Positions 1-9,339 of a DNA stretch of 64,000 nt are shown piece by piece. Within the stretch, counting starts at the first letter, position 1; the number at the start of each line of letters is the position of its first letter. A program made the translations under genes and the position numbers. The notes below the pieces were generated by a model, which saw only the letters and a list, made by a program, of their open reading frames with translations, made no database searches and had not been told where the DNA came from. The DNA is from an uncultured Gemmatimonadales bacterium (lineage in GTDB: Bacteria; Gemmatimonadota; Gemmatimonadetes; Palauibacterales; Palauibacteraceae): NCBI GenBank assembly GCA_963783385.1, contig CAWANJ010000009.1, positions 160,001-224,000 of the forward strand, in the 5' to 3' direction.

Positions 1-1
1 T

Positions 2-720
2 GGGTGCACTTCAGTCCTATGCCTACAGGCATACGGCTCGCTTCTTGGCGGCGAACGCGGCAGCCGAATGGAATTGCAGGCGCGTGGGATATCCTCATCG
101 AGGATCGTTCGCAGTCCCAATGGTGTGGATTCGCGCACGTTTCACCCTTCTCGTGAACTACGAGAGCGTCCCCATGATCCGTTTCGCGTTCTGGCTGTGT
201 TCAGACTGTGGCCTGACAAGGACCAATGACGGTTGTCGAAGGTCTGCGCCGCCTGGCTGCGGGCACGAGCGTCCAGCTGACTCACGTCGGCGGCGGTCCA
301 ATGGAGAGTGAATTCTGCCGCGCGGTTGAGGAAGCGTCCATTCCTGGCGAGTTCTTGGGCCGGCTGTCTCAAGAGGAACTCGCGAAGTTGTACCGAAGGT
401 CGAATGCGCTGGTGTTATCGTCACTCCGTGAGGGATTCAACCAAGTCACTATTGAAGCCATGGCGAGTGGACTACCAGTTGTGGCCACGAATGTCGACGG
501 CATACGCAATGGAGTCGGAGGCGCTGGCATTCTCTTCGAACCGGGAGATGCGGACGCTCTCTCAGGGGCACTGCGCAAGCTCATCGAAAGCCCGGACGAG
601 TGGCGTAGATACCGCGCGGCCGGGCTGCAGAGATCGAAGCGGTTTCGGTGGGATCCGATAGCAGCGCGTCTGCACGAGGTGTACTTGGAGGCCCTCGGAC
701 AAACGCCGACGGAGACTTGA
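2..720 (+). CDS. Glycosyltransferase family 4 (GT-B), 5'-truncated by the window edge, frameshift at ~223
   Basis: Frame 2 reads RIVRSPNGVDSRTFHP...RLWPDKD. It continues in the 226..720 frame with LSSLREGFNQVTIEAMASGLPVVATNVDG (EX7E motif). Confidence 0.9.
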
Positions 721-738
721 GACTAGGGTAGCCGAACT

Positions 739-2257
739 TTGACCGAGCCTACTGGCGCTGCCGCCGAGGTGGCCGACCGACTCGGGTCCTCCGCCGTCCG
801 AAATCTCGGATGGCAAGGACTATCTACTGTGACGGTGCAGGTACTCCAGGCGGCCGTCACGCTGCTCGTGGCGTCCCGCATGTCCCCAGGCGTTCGCGCT
901 CGTCGGTATCGCCTCGGTTGTGTTCAACTTGCAGTTTCTGGTCCGGGAGAGTCTCGGCCTGGGGCAGGCTCTGATCTATGTCGAGGACGATGGTCTCCTC
1001 CAGGAGGCGGTCAATGGTTCGTTCCTGGTCACGGCTGGTCTCGGCTGCCTCATTGCTTCGGTCACGTTCGCAGGTGCTCCGCTCTTTGCCAAGCTATTCA
1101 CCCTAGGCTTCATTCGGTCCGACGTGGCGAACGTGGTTCGAGTGATCAGCTTGTTCCTGCTTTTCGTCGCCGTTGGCCACATTCCCCAGTCAGTGCTCGA
1201 GCGGTTCCACGATTTTCGGACTCGCGCAGTGGTCGAGATGGCAGCCGTCGTGACCTACGCGGGGGTGGCGGTTGTGCTCTTGCAGGTTGGTTTGGGCGTG
1301 TGGAGCATAGTCTTGGCTCGGCCCGCGCAAGGGGCCGTTCTCGCAATTGGGTGCTGGATCGCGACCCCCATAAAGCCGAGAATCCCTCCCCGCATTCATC
1401 GAGGAACCCTGGGTGCTCTCGTCCGATATGGGCGGTTCTTGGGAGGCGTGAGCGTTCTGGGCTTCGCAATGTCGAGCTTGGACAACGTGATTATGGGATG
1501 GCTTGCGGGAGGCGTCGCGCTCGGTGCGTACGCACTCGCCTATACGGTGACTAACGCGGCGCCGACCTTGATAACTCAGACCGTGAACAAGGTGTTCTTT
1601 CCGCTGTTTTCGCGATTCAGGAAGGACAGGGAGGCTCTGTCTCTGGGCTTTGCGGGGGCAGTTCACTGGGCGTCGGTAGCCATTCTGCCGGCCACCGTCG
1701 GGCTGCTCACGGTTGTACCCAATGCGCTGGTAGCTCTCTTCGGTCCGGAATGGCGGGCAGCGGGGGCCTTCGTGACGGTGCTGGCATTGTATGGCTTGGC
1801 CCGGACTGTGGGCACGCTGGGTAATTCGCTCCTGGCCAGCGTCGGGAGGCCGGAACTCACCTTCTGGGCGTCGGTCGTCGCTGTCGGCGTATCGCTGGCA
1901 CTTCTCTGGCCGCTCAGCCAGTTCGGCGCCGTCGGAATCGTCTGGGCCTACACCCTGGGTCAGCTTGCCTCGGCGATCTTCTCGATCGCCCACACCCGTC
2001 ACTGGTGGATCCGCCGCCTGGCGACCAATCTGGGACCGCCTCTCGTAGTCACACTGCTGTCTTTGCTGGTCGGGCTCTTGGTCGGCCGAGCATTACCAGG
2101 AGGCGACACCCGCGACATCGGTGCAATGCTCGCGCTCGGATTCTGCTATCCTCCGCTGCTGTGGCTTATCGACGCAAGGTTCCGCGCCTCTGTAGCTGGA
2201 CTCATGGGGAGGGAACGGACTCCCGGCCAACGGTGGCTTTCGCTGTGGGAAGATAAG
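739..2257 (+). CDS. wzx: Wzx-like polysaccharide flippase; frameshift at ~888; runs in frame into the downstream GT4
   Basis: N-terminus AVRNLGWQGLSTVTVQVLQAAVTLLVASRMSP, shifted frame AFALVGIASVVFNL, many TM helices, motif LDNVIMGWLAGGVALGAYALAY...VFFPLFSR. Confidence 0.85.
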
Positions 2258-3511
2258 GTGAGATGTGAGGATGATCCGGCTCGAGACGCGCGTTGCAATG
2301 ACGACCCGGATTGCGAGCGAGCTGGGAAGGAGCGTCCACTACGGATCTGCTATTTCGGGTTCTTCGATCCCGGCTATCCTCGCAATGCAATCCTACGTCG
2401 GGGCCTCGAAGCCAAACGCAATGTAGAACTCGTCGAATGCAGGGTGCCGGCTGGCCTAGAGCCCGGACACTATCGAGGCGAGGGCATGCAGGGCTTCGGG
2501 TTGCGCCGGCTCCTTTTCGAAGTCGATGACCTGGGTCGAACCGTCCGCCGAATCGTGTATCTGACGCGGTGCTATCTACGTCTTCCGAAGCCCATCAATG
2601 CTATCGTCGTAGCAGAATTCAATCAAGGCGCGGTACCACTCGCGAAAGCGTTGGGGGTGCTTTCGGATACGCCGGTGATTGCAGACTTCCTAGTGTCTCT
2701 CTACGAGGAGGCCGTGCTTCTCCGGAAGACTCTGAGGCCCGGTCGACCTCGCGCTCGTTACAGACGGCTCATCAATGCGCTCACCGTCAAGTTCGCAGAC
2801 CGGTTGATCTTGGATTGCGAACCCCAGATAGACTTCTATGATCAGCTTTTTCCAGGTTTGGCGGCGAAGGCTGCTGTTGTCCCGATCGGTGCGCCGACGT
2901 GGGATTTCCCCGTCGTCCGGCTCAGGTCTCGTCGCGCTGCAGACCCATTCCGGGTCATCTTCTATGGCTTCGTTACCCCGTTGCACGGCCTGGACACGAT
3001 TCTCCGGGCGGCGGACGCTCTTGCTAGAGACGGACGGTTTGAGTTCGAGATAGTGGGCGCAGGATCACTCTACGATCAACTTTGCAGTGATTTCCAGGAT
3101 GTTCCAAGCGTTTCGTGGCGAGGAGCCATGCCGGTCGCCGAACTGCGCCGCGCGATCGCTTCCTCGGACGTATGTCTCGGCTTGTTTGGACAGGACGCTC
3201 GCGCTTCGAGAGTCGTGCCCAACAAGGTTTGGCAGGGTCTGTCGATGGGCCGTCCGGTGGTGACAGGAGACGGCCCCGGACCGCGTAGCATTTTCGGCGA
3301 TGGAGAGCACTTGCTTCTGGTGCCGTTGGGCGACCCGGAGAGTCTTGCAGCAGCCCTGAGGTTGCTCGCCAATGATCCGGATCTGGCTGCCCGTCTGGCT
3401 CAAGCCGGCTGTGATCTGGTGCGGAGCCAGTTCACCAGCACGCCCTTGGCCTGCCGCCTGGTGAGGTTGGTGAGAGACTTGGCCCAAGAGAGGACAGTTG
3501 GCGTGGGTTGA
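2258..3511 (+). CDS. Glycosyltransferase family 4 (C-terminal part of ORF 920..3511)
   Basis: RICYFGFFDPGYPRN, FYGFVTPLHGLDTILRAA, SDVCLGLFG...RVVPNKVWQGLSMGRPVVTGD. In-frame GTG at 2258 follows GGAAGATAAG. Confidence 0.85.
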   Translation: MRCEDDPARDARCNDDPDCERAGKERPLRICYFGFFDPGYPRNAILRRGLEAKRNVELVECRVPAGLEPGHYRGEGMQGFGLRRLLFEVDDLGRTVRRIVYLTRCYLRLPKPINAIVVAEFNQGAVPLAKALGVLSDTPVIADFLVSLYEEAVLLRKTLRPGRPRARYRRLINALTVKFADRLILDCEPQIDFYDQLFPGLAAKAAVVPIGAPTWDFPVVRLRSRRAADPFRVIFYGFVTPLHGLDTILRAADALARDGRFEFEIVGAGSLYDQLCSDFQDVPSVSWRGAMPVAELRRAIASSDVCLGLFGQDARASRVVPNKVWQGLSMGRPVVTGDGPGPRSIFGDGEHLLLVPLGDPESLAAALRLLANDPDLAARLAQAGCDLVRSQFTSTPLACRLVRLVRDLAQERTVGVG

Positions 3512-3544
3512 AGGGACCGGACAATGCTGCAGGTTGATGGTTGC

Positions 3545-5559
3545 TCAGCCACCCGCCACGGCTTGTTTGAAGCTCTCTGCGGCTGGCTTGGGCGAGAAGT
3601 CGGATCGAAACAGTCCGTAGTAGTACGTCGGGGGTCGATCATAGTCGAGGAAGTATGTGGCGAGCGTGACATACGGGAACTGACGAGTGAGCATCGCTAT
3701 GGAGGCGCCCACGTATTCCGCCTGTTGGGCCTCGCTGACTTTGGCGGTGGACCAACCCCATTCGGTCACCCATACGGGGCGGTTCCCCCGTCCGTGGTCG
3801 AGCATCGCCTCGTGGATGAGTTGGATATCGGTGAAGTTGTTCTCGTAGGGAATGACGATGTCGGGAGCCTGCGATTGACCCGGGTACGGATGTACGGCGA
3901 CGGCGTCCGGATCGAGCCCGAGCCCGTACAGAGATTCCAGGAAGGTCCGTCCATTGATGTCCTGCCCTCCGGCGCAGCATGGACTTGAGAGACCGCCCAG
4001 CGCGATCTCGGCGGTCGGATCTTCGGACCGAATGGCGTCGTAGGCCGTATGATACCAGCGCGCGTACCTGGCTGGGTCGGGGGCCGGTCGCCAGAAATTG
4101 TGCAAGTTGGGTTCGTTCCACATCTCCCAATAGTGAACCCGACCGCGGTAGCGATGGGCCGCGGCCCGAAGGAAGTCGGCGTAAGAGGTGAGCCAGCGCT
4201 GGAAGGCGCTGTCGGCCGTTGGAACGTAGGCCCAGTGGTCCGGCACCGTATCGGCGACCCCGTTAGCCCAAGCAGGAGAGCCGTAGACCACAAAAAGGGG
4301 AGCGAGACCGGCGCGATCGAGCTCGGCGAGCACGGAATCGACGCGGCTCCAATCTCTCTGACCCTGTCGGGGCTCGATGAGATGCCACAAGAGGCTGCTC
4401 CTGGAAATTCGTGCACCGATCATTTGGGCGGCCGCGATGGCAGCCTTTCGACGATCTGGCGAGCCATCCCAGGTGAGGTCCTGATGAACTCCGAAGAGGA
4501 TTGGATGTGCATCGGTGCCTCGGCCAGCCAAAACGGAAATCGATGCTCTGGCCTCTCTGCCTCCGCTACTCACATGGATCTCAGCGGAGCCAGGAGAGCG
4601 ACCGAGGACCAGTCCAGTGGCATCCACGCTGGCCACGCTGGTGTCGGAGCTCGACCAGTGCGTCGACCCGTTCAGGAGATTTCCCTGTCCATTGAGGATC
4701 GAGGCATACAGTCGTGCCGTGTCCCCTGCCGCGACTTGGACGGCAGGCGGCGAGATCTCCACGGCCCCGACGACGCTTGTCGCCAGGACCGCATAGGCGG
4801 CAAACCGAGTGATGGCTGCTGTCACCGTTTTGGATCCAGTATCGACCGAACTCCCGCTCACTATGGTCCATCCCTGGTCGGAAAGATAGGCAAGAGCGAG
4901 GCTGGATTCTTGGGCTCCGAATGGGATGGCTTCGGATTTGTACGCGATCGTCAATTCAACCGGTTTCCCAAATGAGGAGGCCTCCGGCAGAATCTGATAA
5001 CCGTGCCGGCCTACAAGAGCCGGATCATCGCTGGCAGAATCCGTGGGACGGATCGTGACGATCATGTCGGAGGCGAGTGCCCCTTCCGGGACCGTCAGTT
5101 TCGCCTCGCCGTCCGAGCTGCGAGCTGATCCACCGGTGGAGAGATGACTGTACCAATGCGGACAGCTGCGGAGTCGGCAAGGTTACCAGCGGAAGCTACG
5201 ACGTGGGCAACTCCTCCTCGGAGCCCGATCACCCGACCCTCAGCAGAGACAGCAACAACCGAGGGATCGCTGACCAACCACGTGAAGGCGGTCTCGAGGT
5301 CCACTCCATCGGCGTTGGTGGCACGGGCAACCAGTCGCGTAGTATCGCCGATTGCCAGTTCGAGGTCTTTGGGTTGCACGGAAACGGTGGCAACCTGGGA
5401 GGTGCCAGGCTGGACTCCTGGTCCGGTAGCAGGGCCGGCGGAGCAGGCCGCGCCAAGGAGCGTGAGAACTAGTGAAGCGCCAGTTCGCACGGCTTCAAGG
5501 AGCCTGGGGCTCTGATGACGGATGGGACGCAGTCCCGTTGGCTTCAGAGACCAGTACAT
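3545..5559 (-). CDS. Lipoprotein glycoside hydrolase, clan GH-A (GH5/GH39-like), with Big_2, ZU5-like and Big_2 domains; two frameshifts at ~5080-5140; start uncertain
   Basis: Lipobox-like LLGAAC. Ig repeats TWLVSDPSVVAVSAEGRV and HWSSSDTSVASVDATGLV. ZU5-like GGSARSSDGEAKLTVPEGAL after shift repair. Catalytic motifs WEMWNEPN and VWVTEWGW. Confidence 0.8.
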
Positions 5560-5850
5560 GTGTATGCACTCGACCGTAATCGTCATGACGAGCGCGCGCC
5601 ATCCTTGAATTCCCCTCCCGGGTTAGACTGGGATGGGCGTGCTGAGAGCGTTGGTGTAATGCGGCGTTCGTACCCGAGCGCATGTTGTTTCTTGGCATGG
5701 ACATGAGTTTGGGAGAGGCCATGATTCTTCTGCACATTGTGACTAGTGCGCAGTTTTTTCACGTACCTCTGCGTGTTTGCCCGGGCGCCCTGGTCCGACT
5801 TCAGGCGACCCTCCAAGATTCGATAGCAGGTTTGAGACAGGAGAGATTCG

Positions 5851-6420
5851 ATGCCCTTCACCTTCAAGCCTCTAGAGATCCCGGAGGTCGTCCTCGTCGA
5901 GGCCGTGGCGTTCGCCGACGCGCGGGGCTTCTTCAAGGAGACCTTCAAGCGATCGGCGTTCGCCGACCACGGCCTGCCGACCGAGTTCGTCCAGGACAAC
6001 TTCTCCAGGTCCGCGCGCGGCGTCCTGAGGGGACTCCACTACCAGCTCGAGCCACGGGCCCAGGGGAAGCTCGTGAGCGTGCTGCATGGCGCGATCTTCG
6101 ATGTGGCCGTCGACATCCGGAAGGGATCGCCCACGTTCGGCCGCTGGGTGGGCGTCCGCCTGGACGGCGAGGAACACAGAATGCTCTGGGTTCCGGAGGG
6201 CTTCGCCCACGGCTTCGCGGCTCTGAGCGACGCAACGGATGTGGCCTACAGGGTGACGCGCGAATATGCGCCCGAGGCCGATCGGGGCATTCGCTGGGAC
6301 GACCCGGCGCTGTCGATCGACTGGCCGATCGACGAGCCCATCCTGTCCGAGAAGGACCGGGGCCATCCGGCCCTGGCCGACGCCGAGAACAACTTCACAT
6401 ACGGGGGAAGCGGAGCATGA
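5851..6420 (+). CDS. rfbC: dTDP-4-dehydrorhamnose 3,5-epimerase
   Basis: DARGFFKE, VQDNFSRSARGVLRGLHYQ, FDVAVDIRKGSPTFG, VPEGFAHGF; AGGAG SD upstream. Confidence 0.95.
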   Translation: MPFTFKPLEIPEVVLVEAVAFADARGFFKETFKRSAFADHGLPTEFVQDNFSRSARGVLRGLHYQLEPRAQGKLVSVLHGAIFDVAVDIRKGSPTFGRWVGVRLDGEEHRMLWVPEGFAHGFAALSDATDVAYRVTREYAPEADRGIRWDDPALSIDWPIDEPILSEKDRGHPALADAENNFTYGGSGA

Positions 6421-7415
6421 CGGAGTCCAGGCAGGTCCTCGTGACGGGGGCGGGCGGTTACATCGGGTCGGTGCTCACCCGTCTCCTTCTCGAGCATGGA
6501 TACGAGGTCAAGGCCGTCGATCGCTTCTTCTTCGGCCGGGACACCCTTCCGCCGGACGACGAGCGGCTCACCACGGTCGAGGCCGACATCCGCGAGCTGG
6601 ATGAAGGGGCGTTCGAGGGCGTGTACGGCGTGATCGATCTGGCCGCGCTCTCCAACGACCCGGCGGGCGAGCTCGACCCCGAGGTGACCTGGTCGGTCAA
6701 CCACCGCGGCCGGGCGCGCGTGGCGCGCCTGGCCGGGCGCGCCGGGGTCGCGCGGTACATCCTGCCCTCATCCTGCAGCGTGTATGGATTCCAGGACGAG
6801 ATGCTGGACGAGACCTCGGCGATCAATCCCCTCACGACGTATGCGAAGGCGAACCGGAAGGCCGAGGAGGACATCCTCCCGCTGGCGGACGGGGACTTCT
6901 GCGTCACCGTGATCCGCCAGGCCACCGTATACGGAGCGTCGCATCGCATGCGCTTCGATCTGGCGATCAACGGCATGGTCAAGGGCTTCCGGGAGAACGG
7001 GAAGATCCCGATCTTGCGCGATGGGACCCAGTGGCGGCCCTTCGTGCACGTGAGGGACACCTCCCGGGCGATGCTGCGCCTCCTCGAGGCTTCGCCCGCC
7101 GCGATCAGCGGGGAGATCTTCAACGTCGGATCGGACGACCAGAACGTCCAGATCATGCCCCTGGCCCAACTCGTAGCCGATTCGGTGGGGCGACCCTTCG
7201 AGTACGAGTGGTATGGCTCTCCGGACCACCGGTCTTATCGGGTGAGCTTCGCCAAGATCCGGGACCGACTCGACTTTCAGTGCGAGTGGAGCCCGGCCGA
7301 CGGCGCCGCCGAGGTCCACGAGGCCATCGAAGCGGGCGAAGTGGACCCGGAGGACCCGAGGACGATAACGGTGGGCTGGTACAAGCGCCTGCTGAGCAAT
7401 GGCGTGGAGATCTGA
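6417..7415 (+). CDS. NAD-dependent nucleotide-sugar epimerase/dehydratase (extended SDR), not RfbB type
   Basis: VLVTGAGGYIG, DLAALSNDP, SSCSVYG, NPLTTYAKAN, RMRFDLAIN, DGTQWRPFVHVRD; ATGA overlap with rfbC. Confidence 0.9.
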   Translation: MTESRQVLVTGAGGYIGSVLTRLLLEHGYEVKAVDRFFFGRDTLPPDDERLTTVEADIRELDEGAFEGVYGVIDLAALSNDPAGELDPEVTWSVNHRGRARVARLAGRAGVARYILPSSCSVYGFQDEMLDETSAINPLTTYAKANRKAEEDILPLADGDFCVTVIRQATVYGASHRMRFDLAINGMVKGFRENGKIPILRDGTQWRPFVHVRDTSRAMLRLLEASPAAISGEIFNVGSDDQNVQIMPLAQLVADSVGRPFEYEWYGSPDHRSYRVSFAKIRDRLDFQCEWSPADGAAEVHEAIEAGEVDPEDPRTITVGWYKRLLSNGVEI

Positions 7416-7462
7416 GGGCGGGCTCGCCGATCGGGCCGTCACCCCTTCCAGGAGGAGAGCTC

Positions 7463-8386
7463 GTGCATCGAAAGGGAATCGTCCTGGCCGGCGGGTCGGG
7501 CACGCGGCTCGATCCGTTGACGCGTGTGGTGAGCAAGCAGCTCATGCCCGTCTACGACAAGCCGCTGGTGTACTACCCGATCTCCACCCTGATGCTGGCG
7601 GGCGTCCGGGACATCCTCTTGATCACGACGCCACGGGCCGTTCCCCTGTTCGAGGAGCTGCTGGGCGACGGATCGGACTGGGGGATCTCGATCCGATACG
7701 AGGTGCAGCCCCGCCCCGAGGGCATCGCACAGGCGTTTCTGATCGGGCGTGACTTCCTGAACGGTGACCCGTGCGCGCTGATCCTCGGCGACAACATCTT
7801 CTATGGGCACGGCCTGGTCGAGCAGCTGCGGAGGGCGGCTGCGCGGGACCGTGGGGCCACGGTCTTCGGGTACCGGGTCGAGCGGCCGGAGCGCTACGGC
7901 GTGGTGAGCTTCACGCCGGATGGCCGGGTGACCGACATCGTCGAGAAGCCCTCGACGCCGCCATCCGCCTACGCGGTGACCGGTCTGTACTTCTACAATG
8001 GCGACGTGGTGGATATCGCGAGCGGCCTCGAGCCCTCGGATCGCGGCGAGCTCGAGATCACGGATGTGAACCGGGCGTATCTGGCTCGCGACCAGTTGAG
8101 CGTGGAGCTGTTGGGCCGGGGCTTCGCCTGGCTCAATGCCGGCACGCCCGAGTCCCTGCTGGCCGCGTCGGACTTCATGATGACACTCGAATCCCGACAG
8201 GGGCTCAAGGCGTGTTGTCCCGAGGAGATCGCCTACCGAATGGCCTTCGTCGACCGGGAGCACCTCGTGGATCTTGCCGAGCGAGCGGGCAACGCCAGTT
8301 ATGGCGCCTACCTGCGTCGAATCGCCGAGGAGCCGGATTGGGCCGATCCGTACGGACTGAGGCTGAAGAGGAGGGCGGGGGAATGA
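7463..8386 (+). CDS. rfbA: Glucose-1-phosphate thymidylyltransferase
   Basis: KGIVLAGGSGTRL, SKQLMPVYDKPL, QPRPEGIAQAF, LILGDNIFYG, SDRGELEITD; GTG after GGAGGAG. Confidence 0.95.
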   Translation: MHRKGIVLAGGSGTRLDPLTRVVSKQLMPVYDKPLVYYPISTLMLAGVRDILLITTPRAVPLFEELLGDGSDWGISIRYEVQPRPEGIAQAFLIGRDFLNGDPCALILGDNIFYGHGLVEQLRRAAARDRGATVFGYRVERPERYGVVSFTPDGRVTDIVEKPSTPPSAYAVTGLYFYNGDVVDIASGLEPSDRGELEITDVNRAYLARDQLSVELLGRGFAWLNAGTPESLLAASDFMMTLESRQGLKACCPEEIAYRMAFVDREHLVDLAERAGNASYGAYLRRIAEEPDWADPYGLRLKRRAGE

Positions 8387-8444
8387 CGACCACCGGACGG
8401 CGCGGGCCCATCCGACCACCGAGCTCCGGCCGGAGCCTCGCGGC

Positions 8445-9339
8445 GTGAGGTTCCTGTTGACCGGGGCCGGCGGCCAGGTGGGCCGAGAGGTGGTCCGGTG
8501 GGCCGGTCGTCGTGGCATGTCCGTCCGGGCCCTGGAGCGAGCGGAGCTGGACGTCTCCGACGCCGGGCAGGTCAGGGACGCGATCGCCTCGACCGATGGG
8601 CTGACGGCCGTGCTGAATACGGCCGCTTACACGGAGGTCGATACGGCCGAGTCCGAACCCGAGCGAGCGTATCTCGTCAACGCACACGGGGCCGAGGTGC
8701 TGGCCGAATTCGCCGGGTTGGCGGGGGTGCCGCTCGTGCACGTCTCCACGGACTACGTGTTCGACGGTGACGGCGACAGCGCGTACCGGGAGGACGACGA
8801 GCCCCATCCTCTCAACGTCTACGGCGAGAGCAAGCTCGCGGGCGAACGAGCGGTGCGCGACGCTCTGGCGCGGCACGTCATCGTCAGGACATCGCTGGAT
8901 CTTCGGCGCGCATCGCCGGAATTTCGTGAAAACAATGCTGCGGCTGGCCGAGGAGCGGGATGAGCTGAGCATCGTGTGTGATGAAGAGGGATGCCCGACC
9001 GGCGCGGGCCAGCTGGCCCACACGCTCCTTACGATCGGTCGCATGGTCTCGACACCCTCCTTCGAGGCCTGGGGCACCTACCACTACGCGGGCCGACCGA
9101 GCATCACCCGGTCCGACTATGCGAGGGCCATCTTCACCGCCAGCGGCGGCACCCCGGGGCTCCCGAGCGCCCGGGTACTCGACATCGGGTCCGACGAGTA
9201 CGAGAGTGCTGCCCGACGTCCCCGCCGTGCCATCCTCGACTGCCGCCGCATCCAGAGTGAGCTGGGTATCCATCCACCGGAGTGGAGACCATACCTCTCG
9301 GTCGTCCTCCGCCAGATCTCGAAGGACCGAACAACGTGA
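8445..9339 (+). CDS. rfbD: dTDP-4-dehydrorhamnose reductase; one extra base at ~8895
   Basis: LLTGAGGQVG, AAYTEVDTAESE, HVSTDYVFDG, PLNVYGESKLAGE, then shifted frame WIFGAHRRNFVKTMLRLA...ARRP. Confidence 0.9.

Noticed and set aside
5682-7415. RfbC-epimerase fusion suggested by the 577-aa ORF
   Set aside because: rfbC is in a different frame with its own stop; the SDR starts at ATG 6417.
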